32,898 nucleotides of DNA from Actinomycetota bacterium (GTDB lineage: Bacteria > Actinomycetota > Actinomycetes > Nanopelagicales > Nanopelagicaceae). Position 1 is the first letter of the stretch. Every line of letters begins with the position of its first letter. The translations under genes and the position numbers were made by a program. The DNA lies in the NCBI GenBank assembly GCA_041179565.1, contig JBEGTC010000001.1, positions 1 to 32,898 on the forward strand. The letters run 5' to 3'. This document shows, piece by piece, positions 1 to 9,007 of this stretch. The notes beneath the pieces were generated by a model, which saw nothing but the letters and a program-made list of their open reading frames with translations, had not been told where the DNA came from and ran no database searches.

Positions 1-601
1 CGCTCAAAACCAAATGGCTCTTCGAATCGTTGATATCGACCTTTGAGCAGACTTCAATGCCGCCAAGCGCATCAACGACACCAACAAAACCGGCGAAGCT
101 GACTTCAATGTAGTGATCAATCTTGAGCGAAGTTGCACCTTCAATAGTCTGGATGAGCAGTGGTGCGCCACCGTAGGCAAATGCCGAGTTGAGTTTTCCT
201 GGTCGCGCCGAGACCATCGTCTCTCCGTCAATAGAACTTACGTGCTCTGGAATTGTCACCAAGGTGTCTCGTGGCAGAGAGACAACATATGCGGCATCTC
301 GGTTCTTGCTGATATGAACCAAGAGCATCGTGTCAGAACGACCGCCAGCTGCAACTTTAACGCCACCAACTCGCAACTTCTTAATCTGCTCCTTGGTAAG
401 ACCTTCTCGGTTATCCGAGCCCACAACGAGGTAGTTAAGCGCCGAGTTCACCTTCTCTGGACGATCAGATAGGCCAGCGAAGACATCGATACGCGAAATC
501 TGACCGCTGACCTGGCCGAGGCCGAGCCAGGTAATGGCGGAGATGGCGACAACTCCCACAGAGAGTGCGGTAATTATCCGAATCGCGCGCGTTGATTTCA
601 C
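1..601 (-). CDS. LCP (LytR-CpsA-Psr) family glycopolymer-peptidoglycan transferase, 3' end outside the window
   Basis: Not in the ORF track; translated by hand from GTG at 601: MKSTRAIRIITALSVGVVAISAITWLGLG (TM anchor) ... NYLVVGSDNR ... GRSDTMLLVHIS ... VVSLPRDT ... KLNSAFAYGG ... IDHYIEVSFAGFVGVVDALGGIEVC, all LCP hallmark motifs. TACCCT lies 6 nt upstream. Confidence 0.93.
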   Translation of the reverse strand, partial: MKSTRAIRIITALSVGVVAISAITWLGLGQVSGQISRIDVFAGLSDRPEKVNSALNYLVVGSDNREGLTKEQIKKLRVGGVKVAAGGRSDTMLLVHISKNRDAAYVVSLPRDTLVTIPEHVSSIDGETMVSARPGKLNSAFAYGGAPLLIQTIEGATSLKIDHYIEVSFAGFVGVVDALGGIEVCSKVDINDSKSHLVLS

Positions 602-637
602 ATGCGTAGGGTACTTGGGCGATAGCGTTACCGGGTT

Positions 638-1642
638 ATGGCGACACAGGTCAATCATGGGTTAGCTGGCTCACCACTGCCACCAGTCTCTGTCATCCTC
701 CCGATTCTCAATGAAGAGCCATATCTAGCAGATTCTGTCCGCTCAATCCTTACTCAAGATTATCTGGGTGATTTAGAGATTGTTCTTGCCGTTGGGCCAT
801 CTCGTGATCGAACTCAAGAAATAGCCGACCAACTCCATCGTGAAGATGCACGGATAATTGTTGTGAGTAATCCAACTGGGCGAACTGCAGCAGGGCTCAA
901 TATTGCACTGAAAGCTTCGAGCGGTTCAATTATCGTACGAGTTGACGGCCATGCACAGATTCCAAAGAACTACATCTCTATCGCGGTCGCACTTTTGGAA
1001 GAGACCGGCGCGGTAAATGTCGGCGGAATGATGGCGGCCAAGGGAGTCACCGCCTTCGAGAGAGCGGTTGCTGCGGCGATGCGTAGCCCATTAGGAGTTG
1101 GTGCATCACGTTTTCATACTGGGGGAGAAGCTGGCGCTGTAGATACCGTTTATCTAGGAGTTTTCCAGCGCCAAGCACTTATCGCCATTGGTGGATTCGA
1201 TGAGCGATTTACACGAGCTCAGGATTGGGAGCTCAACTATCGCTTGCGTAGTAACGGTGGAACCATTTATTTCGATCCACGACTAGAAGTCACATATCGA
1301 CCACGACCAAATCTCACCGCGCTTGCAAAGCAGTACTTCGAGTATGGACGTTGGCGGAGAGTGGTTTCTCGTCGCCATCAGGGAACAATCAACTATCGAT
1401 ATTTAGCTCCGCCTCTAGCATTGAGTGGATTTTTGATTTCACTCCTATGTGGAGCGCTCTTACATCCAATCCTTTACCTGCCGGCGCTGATTTACGGTCT
1501 CTTCGTGCCGGTGGCTTCAATCGCTATTGCCCGCTCCATTACGCAATTCATCTATCTCTTAGCGGTAATTCCAACGATGCACTTCGCATGGGGTGCGGGA
1601 TTTATCACTTCACCGAAGAATCTCGTCCCAGCAGAGCGCTAG
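638..1642 (+). CDS. Glycosyltransferase family 2 (ExoA-like) with C-terminal TM helices
   Basis: VSVILPILNEE, AAGLN, RVDGH (DxD variant), GGFDERFTRAQDWELNYRL, QYFEYGRWR motifs. Confidence 0.9.
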   Translation: MATQVNHGLAGSPLPPVSVILPILNEEPYLADSVRSILTQDYLGDLEIVLAVGPSRDRTQEIADQLHREDARIIVVSNPTGRTAAGLNIALKASSGSIIVRVDGHAQIPKNYISIAVALLEETGAVNVGGMMAAKGVTAFERAVAAAMRSPLGVGASRFHTGGEAGAVDTVYLGVFQRQALIAIGGFDERFTRAQDWELNYRLRSNGGTIYFDPRLEVTYRPRPNLTALAKQYFEYGRWRRVVSRRHQGTINYRYLAPPLALSGFLISLLCGALLHPILYLPALIYGLFVPVASIAIARSITQFIYLLAVIPTMHFAWGAGFITSPKNLVPAER

Positions 1643-1672
1643 GTCGGAGCGTGCTGGGGTAATCTTCCCTTC

Positions 1673-2500
1673 GTGAGCGAACCACTATTTATCTACGAGC
1701 CCTTTAAGGCGGGCCTTCCGCCGATGCGCACGTATATGCGCTCGCTCTGGCATCGAAAGGCATTTGTTGCAGAGTTTGCACGTTCCCAGCTCCGCGAACA
1801 GAATTTTGGATCTGTATTCGGCCAACTCTGGCTAATTCTCAACCCGTTGCTTCTCTCAGGCGTCTATTTCCTTCTTATCTATGTAATTGGCGGAACCAGT
1901 GATGCGACGCGCTTTGCCCATCTCACGGCATCGCTATTTCTCTTCTATTTAATCGCAAATAGCCTTACCGGCGGAGTTAAGGCAATCACCTCAGGGCAAC
2001 GCCTGATTCTCAACACTTCATTTCCGCGAATCATGCTTCCAATCTCGGCGGTTGTCGTAGCTATTTTACGTTTCTTACCAACTTTGGCGGTGGCATTTGT
2101 AATTCACGCTCTTGTTGGCCTTCCGTATTCGTGGCAGATGCTCTGGGCGATTCCAATACTGTTTGTAGCCGTGGTGATGGGACTTGGACTGGCCATATTG
2201 ATGTCGTGCGTCAATGTTTACTTTCGAGATATCTCGAGCATGTTGCCCTACCTCACCAGAAGTTTGCTCTATCTCTCACCTATTCTCTATGAGGCATCGA
2301 AAGTTGCAGATGGCATCAAAGCCTTTCAAATCTTCAATCCACTCTTCTATCTGCTCGACTCCTGGTCTCGCGTGATGGTACATGCGCAAGCTCCAACTAC
2401 ATTTGGGATGGCTCACGCCAGCACCTTTGCTTTTGCCATATTTGTTGTAGGCACTTATTTCTTCCTATCGAGGGAGCGTGATTTCGCTGTCCGACTTTAG
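1673..2500 (+). CDS. ABC-2 type polysaccharide/teichoic acid exporter permease (Wzm/TagG-like)
   Basis: GSVFGQLWLILNPLL, FPR, NVYFRD, YLSPILY, FNPL motifs; about 6 TM segments. Confidence 0.9.
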   Translation: MSEPLFIYEPFKAGLPPMRTYMRSLWHRKAFVAEFARSQLREQNFGSVFGQLWLILNPLLLSGVYFLLIYVIGGTSDATRFAHLTASLFLFYLIANSLTGGVKAITSGQRLILNTSFPRIMLPISAVVVAILRFLPTLAVAFVIHALVGLPYSWQMLWAIPILFVAVVMGLGLAILMSCVNVYFRDISSMLPYLTRSLLYLSPILYEASKVADGIKAFQIFNPLFYLLDSWSRVMVHAQAPTTFGMAHASTFAFAIFVVGTYFFLSRERDFAVRL

Positions 2501-3284
2501 CCACGAACATGATCGCGGTTCCATCGCGGTCTCAGTCCAAAATCTTGGGCTGACTTACACCACCTCAATAGATAAGAAGCCAACTCTCAAAGCTCGCTTG
2601 AAGTCACTAGGTCGTGGGCGAAAGTTCACGCGCACCGTTCATGCTTTAGACGGCGTCTCTCTCGATGTTCATTATGGAACCGTATTGGGAATTATTGGCT
2701 CTAACGGAGCCGGAAAATCCTCGCTCATGCGCGTGATCTCAGGCATCGTCCCACCAACAAAAGGCCGTATCGAAGTTTTTGGAAGCGTAAGTACCTTGCT
2801 CGCGCTCGGTGTTGGCTTCAATCCATCCATGACTGGCCGCGAAAACGTATATCTAGGCGGTCTCGCAGCAGGCATGTCTCGCAGTGAGATTGATGCCAAG
2901 TTCGATGCCATCGCTGAATTCTCTGAACTAGGCGAAGCAATTGATTCGCCGATGCGAACATACTCATCTGGAATGTTTGCCAGATTGGCCTTTTCAGTTG
3001 CTGCAATCGCCGAGCCAGATATCTTGATCGTAGATGAAGCGCTTAGCACAGGCGATGCCAAATTTAAGGCAAAGTCGCTCAATCGAATGAAAGAGCTTCG
3101 TACCGCCGACCGAGCTCTAATTCTAGTGAGCCACGCACTCGCCACAATTGAGGAGCTCTGCAATGAAGTCATATGGCTCAATAAAGGCAAGTTGATGGCA
3201 CGTGGTAACCCGGCAGAGGTAATTGCTCAATATCGCGAATTTATGAATGTTGGAAAGAGCGCATCTACCGATGAGGATGTTTAA
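2478..3284 (+). CDS. ABC exporter ATP-binding subunit (Wzt/TagH-like), no C-terminal carbohydrate-binding domain
   Basis: Walker A GSNGAGKS, signature YSSGM (typical of Wzt/TagH), Walker B ILIVDE, H-loop VSH; start codon uncertain. Confidence 0.92.
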   Translation: MISLSDFSHEHDRGSIAVSVQNLGLTYTTSIDKKPTLKARLKSLGRGRKFTRTVHALDGVSLDVHYGTVLGIIGSNGAGKSSLMRVISGIVPPTKGRIEVFGSVSTLLALGVGFNPSMTGRENVYLGGLAAGMSRSEIDAKFDAIAEFSELGEAIDSPMRTYSSGMFARLAFSVAAIAEPDILIVDEALSTGDAKFKAKSLNRMKELRTADRALILVSHALATIEELCNEVIWLNKGKLMARGNPAEVIAQYREFMNVGKSASTDEDV

Positions 3285-4452
3285 GCGAGTAACTTCGCTC
3301 CTTCTTCTCTCACTTTTCTTCAACTCACTCAACCCTGTCTTCGCTAACGAAATTCCAGCGAGCTTCTCCTTTACCGGCGCTGGATTTGGCCACGGAGTCG
3401 GCATGAGTCAGATTGGTGCAAAAGAGAGAGCCGTACAAGGTGAGAGCGCAACTGCGATTCTTAAGTACTACTACAAAGATGTTGAAGTCGCGCCAGTTGT
3501 AGATACCGCAACTATCCGAGTCAATATTGGAAATGCGCTCAAGCAAGTAACATTTTCAACAACGTCAGCGGGAACATCGCTGCAGCTCTTCCATGAAGAT
3601 CAACTTTTGACCACTGTCGCAAATAAGAAGAAGCTCACCCTTGCTATCAGCCCTGATAGAAAGACGATTCAAGGATATAACCACTCACTTCTCACCTTAC
3701 GTTGGAGCGGTGGGGTAGTGCCACTGGTATCGGTTCAAGGTAGCGGTCCAGTTGAGCGATTTAGGTATGGATATATTCAAATCAGAGTTGTTAAAGGCGC
3801 GCTAGCTGTCACCAATTCACTATCTCTCCATGATGAGTATTTGCTCGGCATCAGCGAAGTCTCATCATCGTGGCCAGCGGCGATGTTGGAGGCCCAGACC
3901 ATCGCTTCTCGGAGCTTTGCCTTATCGAAGATGGGAAGCATCAAGGCATCCTGTGATTGCCATCTCTACTCACACATCTCAGATCAGAACTTTGTTGGAT
4001 ACGCCAAAGAGGGCGAAGCGCGATTTGGAAAGATTTGGCGAGCAGCTGTTCTCCGCACGGTTGTCGATAGCTCGACCGGTCTAGCGATTCTCAGCGAAGG
4101 CAAGCCTATTCAGGCCTATTACTTCTCTTCTTCCGGTGGCGCCACACAGACCTCAGCCGATGCCTGGGGCGGTTATACGAGTTATACCCAGTCAGTGCCC
4201 GATACCGCGAGTATCACGACAGCGCTCAATCCACGTTATGCATCATGGCGGGTAGCAGCTTCACAAGCTTTAGTTGCTGGTGCTTTTGGTTTGCCTAACG
4301 TTCTGTCGCTAGAGGTGATGTCACGAAATTCCGCCGGTGCGGTGACGTGGATTAAAGGGACCTCGACTTTTGGCGTCTCGCAAGTGATTCGCGGTGACAC
4401 ATTTAGAAGTAGGGCGAAGTTACCGTCGCCATGGTTCTCGCCTGCGGAGTAA
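3277..4452 (+). CDS. Secreted SpoIID/LytB-domain peptidoglycan hydrolase
   Basis: Signal peptide MFKRVTSLLLLSLFF...VFA; GAGFGHGVGMSQIGA and ILKYYY; EYLLGISEVSSSWP..MLEAQTIASRSFAL; YYFSSSGG. Start moved to ATG 3277 (3271 also possible). Confidence 0.85.
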   Translation: MFKRVTSLLLLSLFFNSLNPVFANEIPASFSFTGAGFGHGVGMSQIGAKERAVQGESATAILKYYYKDVEVAPVVDTATIRVNIGNALKQVTFSTTSAGTSLQLFHEDQLLTTVANKKKLTLAISPDRKTIQGYNHSLLTLRWSGGVVPLVSVQGSGPVERFRYGYIQIRVVKGALAVTNSLSLHDEYLLGISEVSSSWPAAMLEAQTIASRSFALSKMGSIKASCDCHLYSHISDQNFVGYAKEGEARFGKIWRAAVLRTVVDSSTGLAILSEGKPIQAYYFSSSGGATQTSADAWGGYTSYTQSVPDTASITTALNPRYASWRVAASQALVAGAFGLPNVLSLEVMSRNSAGAVTWIKGTSTFGVSQVIRGDTFRSRAKLPSPWFSPAE

Positions 4453-4482
4453 GCCTAATTCGTTAGAGATATCAAAATGATA

Positions 4483-5400
4483 TTAATTTGCATGCAGAAC
4501 TGAATTTAGTCCGCCCCAGGTACCGGTGCGCATAACTGCTTCCAGTCCACCAGTCAATGAGTTGCGACGGAATAAGAGATCGTTTGCACCAGAGAGCGTG
4601 CCGGCCTTAACAACTTGGCCATCTGGGAGAGAGACCTTCGCTGCAGCTGTGATGTACGTTCCGGCCTCAATGACACAGTTGTTACCCAGTGAGATTCCGA
4701 GGCCAGAGTTAGCACCCAGTAGGCACTTCTCGCCGATCGAAATTACCTCTTTACCGCCACCGCTCAGGGTTCCCATAATCGAAGCACCGCCACCAACGTC
4801 ACTGCCATCGCCCACAACTACACCGGCTGAAATTCGACCTTCAACCATGGAGGTGCCGAGAGTTCCAGCGTTAAAGTTGACGAAACCTTCATGCATGATC
4901 GTTGTGCCGGGTGCGAGATATGCGCCAAGTCGTACTCGATCGGCATCAGCGATTCGAACTCCAGCGGGAATCACGTAATCAACCATTCGTGGGAACTTAT
5001 CGACGCTATATACAGTGACTGCACCGTACTTCGCCTTGAGTCGGGCACGAGTGAGTTCGAAACCTTCTACTGCGCAAGGCCCAACCGAGGTCCACACAAC
5101 ATTTGAAAGTAAGCCGAATATTCCATCGAGTGATTGACCATGTGGTTTCACTAGTCGATGAGAGAGGAGGTGGAGGCGAAGGTATGCATCCTGAGCACTT
5201 GCTGGCGCGCTGGTGAGGTCGATTTCAATTGAGATAACTTCGCGCGTTACTCCTCGATCAGCATCGGATGTTGCTAGCGCAGCCAATGATGGATCTGGGT
5301 TGCCGACAATCGGACCTAGAGCTGGTGCTGGAAACCAGACATCGAGAACCGTGCCGCCTGAGAGAGTTGCAATTCCATGACCGTGTGCAAGTGATGACAT
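4483..5400 (-). CDS. dapD: Tetrahydrodipicolinate N-succinyltransferase (actinobacterial type)
   Basis: [46 protein letters not shown], hexapeptide repeats. Confidence 0.96.
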   Translation of the reverse strand: MSSLAHGHGIATLSGGTVLDVWFPAPALGPIVGNPDPSLAALATSDADRGVTREVISIEIDLTSAPASAQDAYLRLHLLSHRLVKPHGQSLDGIFGLLSNVVWTSVGPCAVEGFELTRARLKAKYGAVTVYSVDKFPRMVDYVIPAGVRIADADRVRLGAYLAPGTTIMHEGFVNFNAGTLGTSMVEGRISAGVVVGDGSDVGGGASIMGTLSGGGKEVISIGEKCLLGANSGLGISLGNNCVIEAGTYITAAAKVSLPDGQVVKAGTLSGANDLLFRRNSLTGGLEAVMRTGTWGGLNSVLHAN

Positions 5401-5438
5401 AGAGCAAGGATAACGTGAATGGCCCTATCCTTCTGCGC
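5401..5438. promoter_or_regulatory. Back-to-back leaderless promoters for dapD and the LOG gene
   Basis: TATCCT 6 nt before dapD ATG (minus strand, 5407-5412) and TATCCT 7 nt before LOG ATG (5426-5431). Confidence 0.65.
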
Positions 5439-5984
5439 ATGCGTATCGCCGTTTATTGCTCATCCTCACCGACCATCGACCCGAAGTTCATCGACCTCTC
5501 CTTTCAACTAGGAGAAGCAATTGCGGAATCTGGCGCTGAACTCGTCTCAGGTGGCGGCCATATCTCATCGATGGGAGCAATCTCTCGAGGTGCGCGGAGC
5601 AAGGGCGGTAAGACAATCGGAATTATTCCGCAGCGCCTTGTCGATATTGAATTTGCCGATCACGATAGTGATGAGCTGGTGATTGTCGATTCAATGCGCA
5701 CTCGAAAGGGAAAGATTGAAGAGCTGGCCGATGCCTTTATCGCGCTTCCCGGTGGTCTAGGAACTCTAGAAGAGTTGATTGAGATATGGGTCGGTAGATA
5801 CTTGGGTTTTCACCAGAAACCCATTGTGATTCTCGATCCATACGGCGTGTATCGCAAATTACACGAGCTAGTTATCGAATTAGAAGATCAAGAATTCGTA
5901 AAGCCAGGAATGAGAGATTTGGTGCTCTGGTCAGAGTCGATTGAAGAGTCGATTAAGTTCATAATGGAACATTATGAGAATTAA
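5439..5984 (+). CDS. LOG family nucleotide phosphoribohydrolase (TIGR00730-like)
   Basis: MRIAVYCSSS start, SMRTRK, ALPGGLGTLEE (PGGxGTxxE). Confidence 0.9.
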   Translation: MRIAVYCSSSPTIDPKFIDLSFQLGEAIAESGAELVSGGGHISSMGAISRGARSKGGKTIGIIPQRLVDIEFADHDSDELVIVDSMRTRKGKIEELADAFIALPGGLGTLEELIEIWVGRYLGFHQKPIVILDPYGVYRKLHELVIELEDQEFVKPGMRDLVLWSESIEESIKFIMEHYEN

Positions 5985-6423
5985 TACTCTCCAACTATCT
6001 CAAGATATCTCCGCACCAGCAACGAAAGTGTGGGCGGCGATTGCGGATTGGCAGGGCCAGAGTGAATGGATGCTCCAGACCAAAGTCTGGGTAACAAGCG
6101 AGCAAATTGAGGGAGTCGGAACTTCGATAGCTGCCTTCACCGGCCCGCTTCATAAGTTCTACCCTCGCTTTAAATTCCTTGGCCTACTCGATTTAATGAA
6201 AGTCACCGCTTGGGAGCCGCCAGTACGATGCGATGTGATTCACTACGGACGCATTATTCGCGGTACCGGGTCTTTCGTCGTCGAGGAGCTTGGCGCGAGC
6301 AAATCGCGTTTTAACTGGTCAGAGGAGATTGAAGCCCCTGCGCTTGTTTTTTATGTGGTGAAGCCATTTATCCTCCTTGGCGTCAAGATTTCTCTCACAC
6401 GCTTTGCTAGACAACTGGAGTAA
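5974..6423 (+). CDS. SRPBCC (START/polyketide cyclase-like) family protein
   Basis: ISAPATKVWAAIADW, VTAWEPP..C.V.H.G..RGTG.F pattern. Confidence 0.8.
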   Translation: MRINTLQLSQDISAPATKVWAAIADWQGQSEWMLQTKVWVTSEQIEGVGTSIAAFTGPLHKFYPRFKFLGLLDLMKVTAWEPPVRCDVIHYGRIIRGTGSFVVEELGASKSRFNWSEEIEAPALVFYVVKPFILLGVKISLTRFARQLE

Positions 6424-6434
6424 CCTCTATACCT

Positions 6435-6626
6435 ATGAGCGCTCCTCAGACGATTGCAGAGCTAATCGCTGCACTCCCTGAGGAGGAGCGGATTATTCTC
6501 ACCTTGCATTACCTCAAAGGGTGGTCGGTGGCATCTATTGCAGAACAGCTACATGTCCCAGAGCGCTCAGTTCAAGCGCTAATTGAGGCGGGAAAACGTC
6601 GCATAACAAGCCAACTCGGCCTCTAA
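6435..6626 (+). CDS. Small stand-alone sigma-70 region 4 (HTH) domain protein
   Basis: LIAALPEEERIILTLHYLKGWSVASIAEQLHVPERSV matches the sigma r4 pattern; fills the gap; TAACCT 8 nt upstream. Confidence 0.8.
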   Translation: MSAPQTIAELIAALPEEERIILTLHYLKGWSVASIAEQLHVPERSVQALIEAGKRRITSQLGL

Positions 6627-6687
6627 CTGCGCATAACGGCCTCACTCCGATTTCCATAAGAGGGGTTCGATGCGGGATACTTATGCC

Positions 6688-6867
6688 ATGGCAGCAATGA
6701 AACCCCGCACTGGTGATGGCCCAATGGAAGTTACCAAGGAGGCGCGTTCGCTCGTGATGCGTATCCCGCTTGAAGGCGGAGGACGTTTGGTGGTCGAGCT
6801 CAATCCGCAGGAGGCGAACAATCTCAGCGCCGCCCTAGAGGCTGCAGTCGCTCTCATCAAGAAGTAA
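6688..6867 (+). CDS. DUF3117 family protein
   Basis: MAAMKPRTGDGPMEVTKE...MRIPLEGGGRLVVEL is the conserved actinobacterial DUF3117 sequence; start trimmed to ATG 6688. Confidence 0.93.
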   Translation: MAAMKPRTGDGPMEVTKEARSLVMRIPLEGGGRLVVELNPQEANNLSAALEAAVALIKK

Positions 6868-6878
6868 GGCGCTCGAAA

Positions 6879-8372
6879 ATTCTCTACTCGGTAAGCCCAA
6901 ACCTTGAATCGCTCGTAAGCGGCGATCTTTTGGCGCTCGGATTTACCAAGAACTCTGAGGGTGAATTTAAAATTCATGGGAAGAGTTCTCTCGTCGCTTC
7001 AGTTGAGAAGTTCTTCGAGATCAACCTCATCGATGAAGTGGCATTCTTCGCTCCCACCGGAAAAGCCGGTGAGCTATTTGAGATTCCCGTACTCCATTCT
7101 GACTGCGAAATGGATCGCCTCTATCTCGTTGCCTTAGGAGATCTGACGCTTAAGGATTTTCGAACAGCCGGTGCAGCTCTTGGGCGAAAAGTTCGTGGCA
7201 AAGCGGTCAATCTCATCTCGGTGCTACCAACGAAGAAGGCTGAGGTTAAGGCACACGCAATCTCCCTCATTCTCGGCGCCTACTCCTACAGTTTGAAGAG
7301 CTCTTCACCCGCTGAGATTCCGACATTTACCATCGCCACCGATGAAGAAGGCGCGCTCGCTGAGGCCAATGCAATCGCCAATTCTGTTGTGCTCACACGC
7401 GATTTGATTCATACGCCTTCCAATATCAAGAACCCACTCTGGCTCGCTCAAGAGGCTAAGAAAGTCGCGAACAGTAAAGGTCTCACTATCAAGGTGCGTT
7501 CCGGTAAAGAGTTGGCAAAGTTTGGCGGTCTGCTAGCTGTTGGAATGTCATCACCAGAGCCTGGCCCTCGATTTATCGAACTCACCTATGTGCCAAAGAA
7601 GATTGCACAATCTAAAGTCAAGGGTGCAGCTGCGCTGCCTCACGTTGTCATCGTCGGCAAAGGAATCACCTATGACACAGGTGGTGTTTCGCTGAAGCGA
7701 CCTTACGATCTCATGGTTGCCATGAAGAGCGATATGGCAGGATCGGCAGCAGCTCTTGGAACAATCGCCGCCATCGCAGATCTTCAACCAAATATCCGCG
7801 TCTCGGTACTAATGATGTGTGCAGAAAATGCCCTCTCAGGTACTTCGCAGAGACCATCGGATGTAATTACTCAATATGACGGCACTACTGTAGAGATAAT
7901 CAATACCGATGCAGAGGGACGCTTAGTCTTGGCAGATGGTCTTGCATACGCCAACAAGAATTTAGATCCTGATTACCTAGTAGATATCGCCACCCTAACC
8001 GGGGCTGCGACTCTCGGACTAGGGCGTCAATACGCAGCTATGTACACCCGCGATAAGAAGCTAGCCAATCAGCTAAGCGAAGTTGGCGAAAGCGCCGGCG
8101 AACGTGTCTGGCATATGCCGTTGGTCGATGACTACATCGACTCACTCGAAAGCGATGTGGCCGATCTCAATCATGCCGCCGATAAGCACAATTACTCAGC
8201 CGGTTCCGTTACAGCGGCGCTCTATCTCGAGCATTTTGTCGGTGACCGTAGATGGGTTCATCTCGATATCGCAGGAACTGGACGTAGCGAGAGCGATTCT
8301 GGAGAAAATCCAAAGGGCGGCACTGGATATGGCGTCCGATTGCTCGTTGATTGGATATTGTCCCTCTCATGA
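6879..8372 (+). CDS. pepA: Leucyl aminopeptidase (M17); start uncertain (ATT 6879 or TTG 6930)
   Basis: GKGITYDTGG, MKSDMAG, NTDAEGRLVLAD, ATLTGA, WVHLDIAG. Confidence 0.9.
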   Translation: MLYSVSPNLESLVSGDLLALGFTKNSEGEFKIHGKSSLVASVEKFFEINLIDEVAFFAPTGKAGELFEIPVLHSDCEMDRLYLVALGDLTLKDFRTAGAALGRKVRGKAVNLISVLPTKKAEVKAHAISLILGAYSYSLKSSSPAEIPTFTIATDEEGALAEANAIANSVVLTRDLIHTPSNIKNPLWLAQEAKKVANSKGLTIKVRSGKELAKFGGLLAVGMSSPEPGPRFIELTYVPKKIAQSKVKGAAALPHVVIVGKGITYDTGGVSLKRPYDLMVAMKSDMAGSAAALGTIAAIADLQPNIRVSVLMMCAENALSGTSQRPSDVITQYDGTTVEIINTDAEGRLVLADGLAYANKNLDPDYLVDIATLTGAATLGLGRQYAAMYTRDKKLANQLSEVGESAGERVWHMPLVDDYIDSLESDVADLNHAADKHNYSAGSVTAALYLEHFVGDRRWVHLDIAGTGRSESDSGENPKGGTGYGVRLLVDWILSLS

Positions 8373-8995
8373 TGATTGATCCGCACTCCTATGCCGAGAG
8401 CTTTATTGCAGAGGATGCGATTAAAGCGGCAGCTCGCGCACGTGGCGTTGAAATCGGTACCAATGACCTCACTCAGGGCGCTGGCGCCTATCTCGCCTTT
8501 CTTGCTCACCTTCTAAGCGCACAATCGGTCGTAGAGATTGGAACCGGATCTGGAGTCGGTGCCCTCTGGTTGCTCGATGGAATGTTGAAGTCCGGAACTC
8601 TGACATCGATAGATGATGAGGCAGAACACACCGCTATTGCGCGTGAGGCTTTTGCTGACGCCGACATTGCACCACAACGTTTCCGTTTGATCACCAATCC
8701 AGTGATGGAAGTGATGACCAAACTCACCGACCGTGCATATGACTTAGTTATCTATCGCCACAATCCAGAGGATCTCTCCTACGCAATCTCAGAGGCTCAG
8801 AGAATCCTGAGAAGTGGTGGAGTCTTTGTTATCGATAACTTCTTCGGCGGTGGGAAAGTTTCAGATCCTGCGCAACGTGACCCAAAGACGATTGCGCTTC
8901 GCGAAGCTGGAAAGTCGCTCCGGAGCGATAACGAGACCTGGGCAACAACCTTGATTCCAGTCGGTGATGGATTGTTGCTCGCGACGAAGTTGTAG
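8369..8995 (+). CDS. SAM-dependent O-methyltransferase
   Basis: VVEIGTGSGVG motif I, LTSID, LRSGGVFVIDN, IPVGDGLL; ATGA overlap with the pepA stop. Confidence 0.9.
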   Translation: MMIDPHSYAESFIAEDAIKAAARARGVEIGTNDLTQGAGAYLAFLAHLLSAQSVVEIGTGSGVGALWLLDGMLKSGTLTSIDDEAEHTAIAREAFADADIAPQRFRLITNPVMEVMTKLTDRAYDLVIYRHNPEDLSYAISEAQRILRSGGVFVIDNFFGGGKVSDPAQRDPKTIALREAGKSLRSDNETWATTLIPVGDGLLLATKL

Positions 8996-9007
8996 CAAAA
9001 TACACCC

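Noticed and set aside
4..472. ORF-track entries 4..231 and 113..472
   Set aside because: Shadow frames of the LCP gene, which runs off the window edge on the minus strand
4455..4483. Small hairpins between the convergent spoIID-like gene and dapD
   Set aside because: AT-rich 4-6 bp stems, too weak to call a terminator
6600..6643. Short direct repeats CGCATAAC (6600, 6630) and CGGCCTC (6617, 6637)
   Set aside because: Two copies of 7-8 nt only; not an array, att site or target-site duplication that I can support
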